Below, piece by piece: positions 1 through 7,766 of a stretch of DNA of 64,000 bases (positions within the stretch are counted from its first letter, which is position 1; each line of letters starts with the position of its first letter). The position numbers and the translations under genes were made by a program. The notes below the pieces were generated by a model. The model was given only the letters and a program-made list of their open reading frames with translations, did no database searches and was not told where the DNA came from. The stretch lies in assembly GCA_016186635.1 (NCBI GenBank), contig JACPLI010000014.1:804-64803 (forward strand). The letters run 5' to 3'. This DNA comes from Candidatus Liptonbacteria bacterium. GTDB lineage: Bacteria; Patescibacteriota; Minisyncoccia; UBA6257; 2-01-FULL-56-20.

Positions 1-298
1 CGGCGACGATGGGAAATATACGCTCATCATCACCGCACTGTCGGAGCGCGAGGGGAAAACAGTCGGAGTTCCCAACGTGCCGCTCGACGTTGATTTCCAG
101 GGTCAGCTGATCCGGGAAATCCCGAATGGAGCAGGGACGATGGTAAGAATCTCGACGGGGATCGGGGGAAAAATTACGGTTCCCCTGCCGAACTTCAAGG
201 AGCGCGAGAAGTGGGTCACCGTCACCGTTGACAGCGTCATCGGCGCCGGCGTCTCCGCAACAATCAAACTCCTTGGTCCGTGGCAAACCGTAACATAA
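1..298 (+). CDS. hypothetical protein, C-terminal fragment (gene begins upstream of window)
   Basis: Frame open from nt 2 to TAA at 296-298 (ORF 77-298 is its in-frame tail); no domain recognised. Confidence 0.3.
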   Translation, partial: GDDGKYTLIITALSEREGKTVGVPNVPLDVDFQGQLIREIPNGAGTMVRISTGIGGKITVPLPNFKEREKWVTVTVDSVIGAGVSATIKLLGPWQTVT

Positions 299-320
299 CC
301 GAAAACTTCAAAGAAAGGAA

Positions 321-872
321 ATGAATATGAAATGGAATTGGAAAGAATGGCTTGATGCTATTGGCGCTACCGCGGGCATCGGCGCGCTCTGGATGCACTT
401 CAAGGAGTGGGCGAGGGAAACCGCCAAACATCCTGAGATTCAGGCGAAACTGGTAAAAAAGCTCACCGAAGACGAACGCGGCGAGAACATGAAAATTGTC
501 ATCGCCAAGATGCCGCACGACTGGCGGCATCAGCGCTTCATGCACCGGCTCGCGCAAGCGCAAAAACTCGGCCTTGAACACTCGTTCATGATTGGGTTGA
601 ACAAACTCAAGCTGGACGAGATGCAGGAAAATGAAGCAGTGGAAATCCTGCAGGAACTGGGGCAAATGGAGGACACGGAATTCTGGGCATACATGGACTC
701 GCTCCATGATGACCGGTACAGCCAGTTCTTCACTCGTCTCATCCTCGGGACTGCGGAGGTCGTCCGGCGCACCGCACCAATCGCAATCTCGGCAATCATA
801 CCCGTCATCCAGCAAGCGCGGGCGGAAGCCCACAGTCTTGCGGGATGGCTCCGCCAACAGAGAGGAAAATAG
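321..872 (+). CDS. hypothetical protein
   Basis: 183-aa ORF with purine-rich SD-like aaagaaaggaa immediately upstream; no recognisable motif. Confidence 0.45.
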   Translation: MNMKWNWKEWLDAIGATAGIGALWMHFKEWARETAKHPEIQAKLVKKLTEDERGENMKIVIAKMPHDWRHQRFMHRLAQAQKLGLEHSFMIGLNKLKLDEMQENEAVEILQELGQMEDTEFWAYMDSLHDDRYSQFFTRLILGTAEVVRRTAPIAISAIIPVIQQARAEAHSLAGWLRQQRGK

Positions 873-874
873 CC

Positions 875-1933
875 ATGAACATTGACCACATTATGGACGA
901 GGTAGAGCAGTCCGTAAACGCTCTTAAAACTGCCGCGCAGCAAACCTGGCCCGAAGTGAAGACATTCATAACGAACGAGGGCAAGGAATTGTTCGTCGAG
1001 GCCAACCTCTTCACCCGCTACATCCTCCAATGGGTGGGATGTATCGGGTTGCTCATACTCTTCACCATCCTCAACGTCGCCTTGATCTGGGAATCAAGGT
1101 TCTGGACCGCACTCGTGTCGGAGGTGCTCCTCGGAGGAGGATTCGCGGCATTCGTGATGACCTTCCGTTATCCCTTGCTCGTCCCGGTGATTCCCAAAAT
1201 CCCCGGAGGAGCGAAGGTAATGGAATGGCTTGAAGCCATCATCCTCGGACTCCTCGCCGTCGGACTGTTCTTCTCGCTCATACCCTTGGGGTACAAGCAG
1301 GAGTTCTGGACGAAGGTTGAGTACCTCCCCGTGCTCATGCTTGCGGCGACCACCGCAATCGCGACGCACGTGTTCGCGCGGACGCAGACATGGAGCAAAG
1401 GCCTCCGGATTGCGGCATGGGTTGCGGTCATCTGGGCAACTGCCATGCTCTTCTTCGGAGTGAGCGGCAACCCGGAAAACCAGGTAAAGGGCGTGTTCAT
1501 GGGAATCGCGGAAGCGGTGAACGGGAAACCGAAAACGCCACGATCGCCTCCGCCGCCTCCCCAGTACGCCATCTCCCCCGGAGACGGACACTGGGCACCC
1601 CCCATCGCGGGCCTCCACAGAGCTGAGTTCATCATTCAGCCAATGGGGCAGTTGAGTCACTGGATTCTGCCTCCGGAAGGAACGGATTCTGTCATCCTTC
1701 CCGAACGCCTCCCCAGCACGCTCCGCGTGCAATTGGCGTTCGCAAGCGGGATGGTGGGAAACGCATTTTGGGGAAACCCGATGCGGCAGTTCCAGACAAT
1801 GGCTCCCATCACAGGTGTGCGGTTCGAGGTCTCCCAACCGATGACGATACAGCTCGCGTTTGCACAAAAAGATGCGAGAAGTTCGTCGTCATCACAGGGG
1901 GGCTTTTACCTGCGGAACCCGCCGGGGTACTGA
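875..1933 (+). CDS. hypothetical polytopic membrane protein
   Basis: ORF 845-1933; internal ATG at 875 preceded by agagaggaaaa; several hydrophobic helices; Pro-rich segment PRSPPPPPQY. Confidence 0.5.
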   Translation: MNIDHIMDEVEQSVNALKTAAQQTWPEVKTFITNEGKELFVEANLFTRYILQWVGCIGLLILFTILNVALIWESRFWTALVSEVLLGGGFAAFVMTFRYPLLVPVIPKIPGGAKVMEWLEAIILGLLAVGLFFSLIPLGYKQEFWTKVEYLPVLMLAATTAIATHVFARTQTWSKGLRIAAWVAVIWATAMLFFGVSGNPENQVKGVFMGIAEAVNGKPKTPRSPPPPPQYAISPGDGHWAPPIAGLHRAEFIIQPMGQLSHWILPPEGTDSVILPERLPSTLRVQLAFASGMVGNAFWGNPMRQFQTMAPITGVRFEVSQPMTIQLAFAQKDARSSSSSQGGFYLRNPPGY

Positions 1934-1974
1934 CCCCCCGCGCTACGCTGAAATTCGGATGCGAAAGTAACAAT

Positions 1975-2014
1975 CGGCCCTGCAGGTCTCAAACTTGCAG
2001 GGTCGGCCTTTTTT
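1975..2014 (+). terminator. rho-independent terminator
   Basis: GC-rich stem ggccctgcagg/cttgcagggtcggcc followed by TTTTTT, just after stop of 875-1933. Confidence 0.5.
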
Positions 2015-2016
2015 AA

Positions 2017-2106
2017 GGAGTAGTCGCTAATAATGCGAATAAGGGCAAATAACGCAAATAGATTCGCATTATTGAATCCAAATTAGCGTTATTCGCGATT
2101 ACTCCC
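2017..2106. repeat. palindromic interspersed element, AATAAYGCRAAT family, copy 1
   Basis: ggagtagtcgc-taataatgcgaat...attcgcattatt...attcgcgattactcc; same architecture at 26319, 33326, 45557, 52988. Confidence 0.7.
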
Positions 2107-2131
2107 TTATTTTTCAATACTTTTGGCGTGA

Positions 2132-2160
2132 TTGACGAAACTACTTTTGTATGCTATAAT
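2132..2160 (+). promoter_or_regulatory. sigma70-like promoter (TTGACG-17-TATAAT)
   Basis: ttgacg at 2132-2137, 17-nt spacer, tataat at 2155-2160; downstream gene 2259 has SD taaagg 8 nt before ATG. Confidence 0.5.
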
Positions 2161-2258
2161 ATCGGCATCTTTTGGGATCTCGAGACCTCAAAAATCGAGG
2201 GGTCCTAGAAGGGATCCCTTGACAAATCAAAATCAACCTCAAAGTAAAGGATCATAAC

Positions 2259-3101
2259 ATGAGCGCGAGCGCAACAAGCGGAACAGGCACGGGCGGTGGA
2301 ACACCTCCAGCGGGCGGTGGAACACCTCCAGCGGGCGGTGGAACACCTCCAGCGGGCGGTGGAACACCTCCAGCGGGCGGTGGAACACCTCCAGTTCGGC
2401 GGCGTATCCTTATCGGACTCGCAATGGTAGTGGGTGCCGGACTCATCATCTTCGGCGCCTTCACGGCGGGTAAGAAATCAACGAGTGGTCCACCCTCAAA
2501 TCCTCCGGGGGTGGGCGGCGGGAGTACCAATGCGGTGCAACAAACCCAACCCAAGGGACAAAGCATGGCTAATCTCCCGCCTGGGTCGGGAGGGTCCACC
2601 GGCGGCACTGGCACCATCACTGCGGCTCCAGGGTCGGCCCTTGCCATCGGCAACCAACTCCATGTTCACATAGGGAAAGATGGGACGGTAACCACGGGGA
2701 CGAACACACCGTCAGGAGGACCACAAACTCCCGCGACAGGGCGATTCACTGCTGACGGACTCTTCGTGTTCTCATTGGAAGACGGCACAGGAGAAGTTGA
2801 GCCGTTTCCAAACGAACATGAATTCTGGGGGCTTCTCAACTACACCGGCACCAACACCACAAAGTGGGCGACAATTCCGGAGAGAGCACCGGATTTCGCC
2901 GTCACCCCGCAGAACATCGGGTTCTCCGTCCAATTCTCGCGGGGAGACGTGGAAGACCCCACGAACTGGACGCCGTGGTACAAGTTGTCGCCGACGGGGC
3001 CGGACGTTGATATCCCCGGAAAGCCGACGGCGTACCGCCTCCAACACACAAACAGTGTGGCGGCGGCGAGAATTCACCTTCTCTTCAAGAAAAGGTCCTA
3101 G
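2259..3101 (+). CDS. repeat-containing membrane-anchored/secreted protein
   Basis: N-terminus has 5 x GGGTPPA, one TM helix ILIGLAMVVGAGLIIFGAF, then Gly/Thr/Pro-rich ectodomain; no known domain. Confidence 0.6.
   Translation: MSASATSGTGTGGGTPPAGGGTPPAGGGTPPAGGGTPPAGGGTPPVRRRILIGLAMVVGAGLIIFGAFTAGKKSTSGPPSNPPGVGGGSTNAVQQTQPKGQSMANLPPGSGGSTGGTGTITAAPGSALAIGNQLHVHIGKDGTVTTGTNTPSGGPQTPATGRFTADGLFVFSLEDGTGEVEPFPNEHEFWGLLNYTGTNTTKWATIPERAPDFAVTPQNIGFSVQFSRGDVEDPTNWTPWYKLSPTGPDVDIPGKPTAYRLQHTNSVAAARIHLLFKKRS
2293..2398 (+). repeat. perfect tandem repeat 5 x 21 bp inside CDS
   Basis: unit ggcggtggaacacctccagcg repeated 5 times without mismatch, encoding (GGGTPPA)5. Confidence 0.85.
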
Positions 3102-3130
3102 TCCCCGCCGAACGGTGAAAGTTTAGTGCA

Positions 3131-3171
3131 ACAAGCCCTCGAGGGAAATTCTCTCGAGGGTCTTGCTTTTT
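3131..3171 (+). terminator. rho-independent terminator
   Basis: caagccctcgaggg-aaattct-ctcgagggtcttg hairpin followed by cttttt, 30 nt after stop of 2259-3101. Confidence 0.6.
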
Positions 3172-3227
3172 AAGAGGTCCAACTCCACGAGTCACATTCA
3201 CTACACTATCAGAGCGATCGCTCGCGT

Positions 3228-3275
3228 AGTGTAGCAGCCCCCGTTTTTCGACAGTGTAGCAACCCCCGTTTTTCG
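3228..3275 (+). repeat. tandem direct repeat 2 x ~24 bp
   Basis: agtgtagcagcccccgtttttcgac / agtgtagcaacccccgtttttcg, ~75 nt upstream of ORF 3350. Confidence 0.6.
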
Positions 3276-3349
3276 CTGGAAGCCGGATGTCCGGGTACAG
3301 TTGTGGTATCTTACAATCAGTTGTTTCAAACTTTTAACCTTTTGTATTT

Positions 3350-3892
3350 ATGGACGAACGAACCGAAAAGATTCTCACCACACTTGCCGGGCTCTTGAAC
3401 CGCGAGATAGACACCGCTGCCGAAGACACTGCGGCGACATTCTCCAAAGACAGCATTTTGCGCAACCCATTCGTCGCCCGCCTTGTAAGCGCCGGCGGCT
3501 CGTGGGTGGAGGCGCAAGGCAATATCCTACTGAAGATGCTCGGCAATTTCATCGAATTCATGGGGAATAAACTGCCGAAGACATCAAAGGCGGCAACCGC
3601 AGCATTCGGGAATTGGCGCACGCGCTTCTTTGAAGGAATCCCTGAACGGATGAGGACTGCCGCCGCGAATGGCACGCTCGCCGAAGAGAAAGCGCGCATC
3701 GAGACGGAAATCAACGCGATGCAGGAAATCGAAAATTTGCTCTACCCGCCGGGGGAAACACCGAAGTCATTCGATTGGAATGCGTGCTTCTCGAAAGCCA
3801 AGGATGCGGTGCATGCGACGCTCGCCGAGGCAACCCCTGCCGTCACAAGATTCGCCGACTGGGCGGAGACGCTCCCGGGCGCAAAACGCTAA
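3350..3892 (+). CDS. hypothetical protein
   Basis: 180-aa ORF, Ala-rich, predicted helical; no motif recognised. Confidence 0.45.
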   Translation: MDERTEKILTTLAGLLNREIDTAAEDTAATFSKDSILRNPFVARLVSAGGSWVEAQGNILLKMLGNFIEFMGNKLPKTSKAATAAFGNWRTRFFEGIPERMRTAAANGTLAEEKARIETEINAMQEIENLLYPPGETPKSFDWNACFSKAKDAVHATLAEATPAVTRFADWAETLPGAKR

Positions 3893-3966
3893 AACTCTTA
3901 CGGCCTCTTTCGGAAATTTCCAAAGGGGCCGTTCACGTTTCTCAAACATTACCCGCATCAATATTA

Positions 3967-4000
3967 GGAAGTCCGACTTCCTTACGGAAGTCGGACTTCT
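3967..4000. terminator. perfect hairpin between convergent genes (terminator-like, no T tract)
   Basis: ggaagtccgacttcc-ttac-ggaagtcggacttc, 15-bp perfect inverted repeat between 3892 and gyrA stop at 4037. Confidence 0.35.
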
Positions 4001-4036
4001 GCACTCTCACTCGCACCCCAACCACTCAACACTCTT

Positions 4037-6610
4037 CTAAATCACCACCACGCCAGCGACTCTATCGCCGGAGTTGAGGTTCATAATCCGCACGCCCTGC
4101 GCGGAGCGGCCCGTCTGGCGGACGCTTTTGAGCTCCGTGCGGATGACCTGCCCCTTTGCCGAGAGCGCGAGGAGTTCCGTCTCCTCGCCGAGGACGATGC
4201 CCGCAACCACCTTTCCCGTCTTCTCCGTCACCTTCGCCGTGCGAATCCCGGAGCCGCCGCGGTGCTGGGTTTTGTATTCCTTGAGCGGCGTCCGCTTGCC
4301 GAACCCCTTTTCCATCACCGCGAGGAGCTCCGCCGTGTCGCTCTTCTTCACCACGTCGAACCCCGCAACCGCGTCGCCGTGGCGAAGCCGGATGGCGCGC
4401 ACGCCCGCGGCGCCGCGCCCCATGGGCCTCGCCTGCGACTCCGCAAAGCGGATGGACTGGCCCTTCTCCGTCACGAGCACCACTTGGTCATCGCCCTTCG
4501 AGAGCCGGACCCACTTCAGCATGTCGCCTTTTTTTCCGCCGGAGGCGGATCCGGAGGTCCCTTTCCCGCCAGAGGCGGGTCCGCCTCGGGCGGAGGCGGA
4601 GAGCTTCATCCCGATAATCCCCGTGCGCCGGATATTTTCAAAGTCCTTCAAAGCGGTTTTCTTTATCATGCCGTTTTTGGTCACCATCACGAGATAGCGA
4701 TGAGCGATGAGTGATGAGTGATGAGTCTCCGATGCCTTGTTTCTTGCCCCTTGCTCGCCCCGTGGCGAAGCTGTACGGGGTTCCTTGTTACTCGATGGCA
4801 CATTGACGATCGCGCTTATGTTCTCGTCTGCGGGAATCTCAAGGAAATTGTGAATCGCTTTCCCCTTCGCGGTGCGGCTCGCGGCGGGAATCTCATACGC
4901 GCGCGTTTCGAATACTCTCCCGCGGCCGGTGAAGAAGAGTATCCGGTCGTGCGTGTTCGCGTGGAAGAAGTGCGAGAGGAAATCCTCCTCGGCGACATCA
5001 GACCCAATAAGCCCCTTGCCGCCACGCCGCTGGGCTTTGAAGGTGTCGGGCGGGAGGCGCTTCACATACCCCGACGCGGAGAAGGTAATAATTGCCTCTT
5101 CCTCGGGCACGAGGTCCTCGTCGGTCATCTCCTTCAAGGCATGCGCGACCACGTGCGTCCGGCGCGCCTCGCCATACTTCGCCTTGAGTTCCATGAGCTC
5201 CTTTTTCACCACCTCAAGCATCCGCGTGGGACTCTTCAAAATGAGCGTGAGTTCCTTGATGAGCGTGCGTTTTTCTTTAAGCTCGGCTTCGATTTTCTGC
5301 CGCTCCAATGCCGCGAGCGTCTGGAGCTTCATTTCCAAAATCGCGGCTGCCTGCGCCTCCGAGAGCGTGAAGTGCTTCATCAAGTTCGCCCTCGCGTCCT
5401 CGCGGTCCTTCGATTTCTTGATGGTGGCAATCACTTTGTCTATCGCATCAAGCGCCTTTGCGAGCCCCTCCAAAATATGCGCCCGCTCCTCCGCCCGCTT
5501 CAAGTCAAACTGCGTGCGGCGCTTCACCACCTCCCGCCGGTGCGCGACGTACGCGAGGAGCATCTCCTTCAAAGAGAAGAGTTCCGGCTGGATGCCGTCC
5601 CGCAAGGCAATCATGTTGAAATGGAAATCCTTCTGGAGGTCGGAGTGCTGGTAGAGCTGGTTTAAGATTTTCTGCGGCGCGGCATCGGACTTTAGTTCCA
5701 CCACGATGCGGAGCCCCTCGCGGTCGGACTCGTCGCGAAGGTCGCGGATGCCCTCGATTCTCTTCTCCTGCACAAGTTCCGCGATGTGCTTCACGAGCTC
5801 GGACTTGTTCACCTGGTAGGGAATCTCCGTAATCACGATGTCGAACCCCGCGCGCGTACTCTCTCCCTTCTTTCGCTCCACAATCTCCGCCTTCGCCCGG
5901 GTCGTGACCGCCCCCCGTCCCGTCGCGTATGCCGCCTTCACTGCCGCGCGGTCGTAAATCACGCCGCCCGTGGGAAAATCCGGCCCCTTCACATATTCGA
6001 GCAAATCCTCCGCCGCGGCGTTCGGCTTTTCGATAAGGAGCAGGGTTGCATCCACCACCTCCACCAAGTTGTGCGGCGGGATTGAGGTTGCCATCCCCAC
6101 CGCAATGCCCAAGGTGCCGTTCACGAGGAGGTTCGGAACCTTCGCAGGAAGCACCTTCGGCTCATCGCGGGTCGCATCGTAGTTCGGCTGCCAGTCCACC
6201 GTGTCTTTCTCGATATCAAACAGCATCTCCTCCGCGACTTTCGAGAGGCGCGCCTCCGTGTACCGCATCGCGGCGGGAGAATCCCCGTCCTGTGAACCAA
6301 AATTACCCTGGCCCCACACAAGGGGGTATCGCATGGAGAAGTCCTGCGCCATCCGCGCCAGCGTGTCGTAAATCGCCACGTCGCCGTGCGGGTGGTACTT
6401 CGCCATCGTCTCGCCCACCACGTTTGCCGACTTCCTGAATTTCGCGAGATGCGTGAGCCCTATGGACCACATGGTCCACAGCACCCTCCGGTGCACCGGC
6501 TTCAGCCCGTCGCGCACGTCCGGCAGGGCGCGCGCGACAATCACTGACATCGCGTAGTCGAGGTAGGATTCCTTTAACTCACTGGTGATTTCCCGTTTTT
6601 CGATATTCAT
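4037..6610 (-). CDS. gyrA: DNA gyrase subunit A
   Basis: 857 aa; N-terminal EITSELKESYLDYAMSVIVARALPDVRDGLKPVHRRVLW and catalytic-Tyr region AAMRYTEARL are GyrA hallmarks; C-terminal beta-pinwheel repeats. Confidence 0.95.
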   Translation of the reverse strand: MNIEKREITSELKESYLDYAMSVIVARALPDVRDGLKPVHRRVLWTMWSIGLTHLAKFRKSANVVGETMAKYHPHGDVAIYDTLARMAQDFSMRYPLVWGQGNFGSQDGDSPAAMRYTEARLSKVAEEMLFDIEKDTVDWQPNYDATRDEPKVLPAKVPNLLVNGTLGIAVGMATSIPPHNLVEVVDATLLLIEKPNAAAEDLLEYVKGPDFPTGGVIYDRAAVKAAYATGRGAVTTRAKAEIVERKKGESTRAGFDIVITEIPYQVNKSELVKHIAELVQEKRIEGIRDLRDESDREGLRIVVELKSDAAPQKILNQLYQHSDLQKDFHFNMIALRDGIQPELFSLKEMLLAYVAHRREVVKRRTQFDLKRAEERAHILEGLAKALDAIDKVIATIKKSKDREDARANLMKHFTLSEAQAAAILEMKLQTLAALERQKIEAELKEKRTLIKELTLILKSPTRMLEVVKKELMELKAKYGEARRTHVVAHALKEMTDEDLVPEEEAIITFSASGYVKRLPPDTFKAQRRGGKGLIGSDVAEEDFLSHFFHANTHDRILFFTGRGRVFETRAYEIPAASRTAKGKAIHNFLEIPADENISAIVNVPSSNKEPRTASPRGEQGARNKASETHHSSLIAHRYLVMVTKNGMIKKTALKDFENIRRTGIIGMKLSASARGGPASGGKGTSGSASGGKKGDMLKWVRLSKGDDQVVLVTEKGQSIRFAESQARPMGRGAAGVRAIRLRHGDAVAGFDVVKKSDTAELLAVMEKGFGKRTPLKEYKTQHRGGSGIRTAKVTEKTGKVVAGIVLGEETELLALSAKGQVIRTELKSVRQTGRSAQGVRIMNLNSGDRVAGVVVI
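4531..4600. repeat. GC-rich hairpin element inside gyrA (family CCGCCnnaGGCGGaTCC / TCCGCCTCGGGCGGA)
   Basis: ccgccggaggcggatcc ... cgccagaggcgggtccgcctcgggcggaggcgga; same motifs intergenic at 7629 and 33391; here translated as SASARGGPASGGKGTSGSASGGKKG. Confidence 0.55.
4697..4727. repeat. heptamer tandem array (GATGAGY)x4 in frame within gyrA
   Basis: gcgatgagcgatgagtgatgagtgatgagtc; minus-strand reading gives ETHHSSLIAHRY inside GyrA. Confidence 0.8.
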
Positions 6611-6644
6611 AGTGGATGAGTGATGAGTGATGAGTGATGAGTGA
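6611..6644. repeat. heptamer tandem array (TGATGAG)x4 abutting gyrA start codon
   Basis: agtggatgagtgatgagtgatgagtgatgagtga directly 5' of gyrA ATG (6610-6608, minus). Confidence 0.8.
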
Positions 6645-6684
6645 AATTTGCCCGCTCACCACTTGCCACTCCTCACTATTGTTA

Positions 6685-6993
6685 CTATTTCATCGGTTTC
6701 ACAATATATTCCCTGGACCCTTTCAGTAGTTCGCCAATTCGTCCGAAGGCGTCCGCCACATTATCGTAGAGCACGGCGCTCCCGCGCCGCATTGTCGCCC
6801 AAAACGACGCTCCCGTTTCCTCTCCGGCGCCCGCGGTGCGCGCGCCTCCCGCATCCGCAAGGAGGTTGTTGAAGTACACAAGCCACACGTAAAGCACCAC
6901 CACCATTGCCACCGCGGAACCCGCGATGAGCACGCGCCGCTTCGTGGTGGCGTCAGCTCCTTGGAGCCGTTTCAAAAAACCTTCGGTGTTCAT
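6685..6993 (-). CDS. hypothetical small membrane protein
   Basis: 102 aa, one TM helix VLIAGSAVAMVVVLYVWLVYF; same strand upstream of gyrA; preceded by (GGAACAA)n array at 6996-7025. Confidence 0.4.
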   Translation of the reverse strand: MNTEGFLKRLQGADATTKRRVLIAGSAVAMVVVLYVWLVYFNNLLADAGGARTAGAGEETGASFWATMRRGSAVLYDNVADAFGRIGELLKGSREYIVKPMK

Positions 6994-7020
6994 TGATTTT
7001 TGTTCCTTGTTCCTTGTCCC

Positions 7021-7593
7021 TCATGCGGACTTGAGCCCAATGGTTTTTGTCCCCTGCATCGCAACGAGGTCTTTCTTTCGGAAGACAAATTTCTCCTCGG
7101 CTCCGCCGCTTTCACCCATCTCCTTGAGGAATGACGCAGGAGATTTCTCATACGCGGGGATGACCACCTTCGGCTCGAGCTGGCGCACCACCTTCTCCGC
7201 GGCTTCGTCGCTTAAATATTTCGCGCCGAGCCGAAGGAACACCACGTCCGGCTCGTTCAGTTTCTCCAGCGCGTCCGCCTCAAGGCCTTTCGCGAGAGGA
7301 CCTAAAAACGCGAACTTCACATCCTCCCACCGCACGAGATACGCGGTGTGCGCCCGCCCGGCTCCCACCGGAAGCGCAATACCGCGCACTTCTATCCCCT
7401 TGGACTCGTATTCGCCGGGGAACGCGACCTCCGTCTGCGGACCCGGTTCCGCGTCGGGAGCAGGAATTTCTGCGTCGGTTTTCAAGACCACATCGCCCTT
7501 CAAGCGGTTTGATGGGGGGTCAACGAGCACCGAAACATCGCCGCTCTGGATGCGGAACGAACCCTCGCCGAGATAGGTGATAACCACGAGCAT
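7021..7593 (-). CDS. MBL-fold-like protein with degenerate metal-binding motif
   Basis: From internal ATG 7593: MLVVITYLGEGSFRIQSGDVSVLVDP resembles N-terminus of UPF0173/MBL hydrolases but the HxHxDH His ligands are replaced; ORF-track N-terminal 27 aa are translation of a hairpin repeat. Confidence 0.4.
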   Translation of the reverse strand: MLVVITYLGEGSFRIQSGDVSVLVDPPSNRLKGDVVLKTDAEIPAPDAEPGPQTEVAFPGEYESKGIEVRGIALPVGAGRAHTAYLVRWEDVKFAFLGPLAKGLEADALEKLNEPDVVFLRLGAKYLSDEAAEKVVRQLEPKVVIPAYEKSPASFLKEMGESGGAEEKFVFRKKDLVAMQGTKTIGLKSA

Positions 7594-7628
7594 AGTATAG
7601 CCGAAATCCAGGATAATTTCCAATGATT

Positions 7629-7657
7629 CCGCCAAAGGCGGATCCGCCTCGGGCGGA
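7629..7657. repeat. hairpin element ccgccaaaggcggatccgcctcgggcgga
   Basis: two adjacent short hairpins; near-identical copy at 33391-33420, related copy inside gyrA 4531-4600. Confidence 0.6.
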
Positions 7658-7766
7658 CAATTATCAATTTTCAAAAAATGCGTCGTAGAGAACCGATTGA
7701 AAATTGAACATTGATACTTGAAAATTCAGAAACGCGGGCTTGCGTTTCTGGGAAATCCCCGTATAA

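Noticed and set aside
264-1030. Minus-strand ORFs 264-857 and 530-1030 overlapping plus-strand ORFs 321-872 and 875-1933
   Set aside because: These are mutually exclusive with the co-oriented plus-strand gene series. The plus ORFs have SD-like sequences and a downstream terminator, so the minus ORFs are treated as shadows (low certainty either way).
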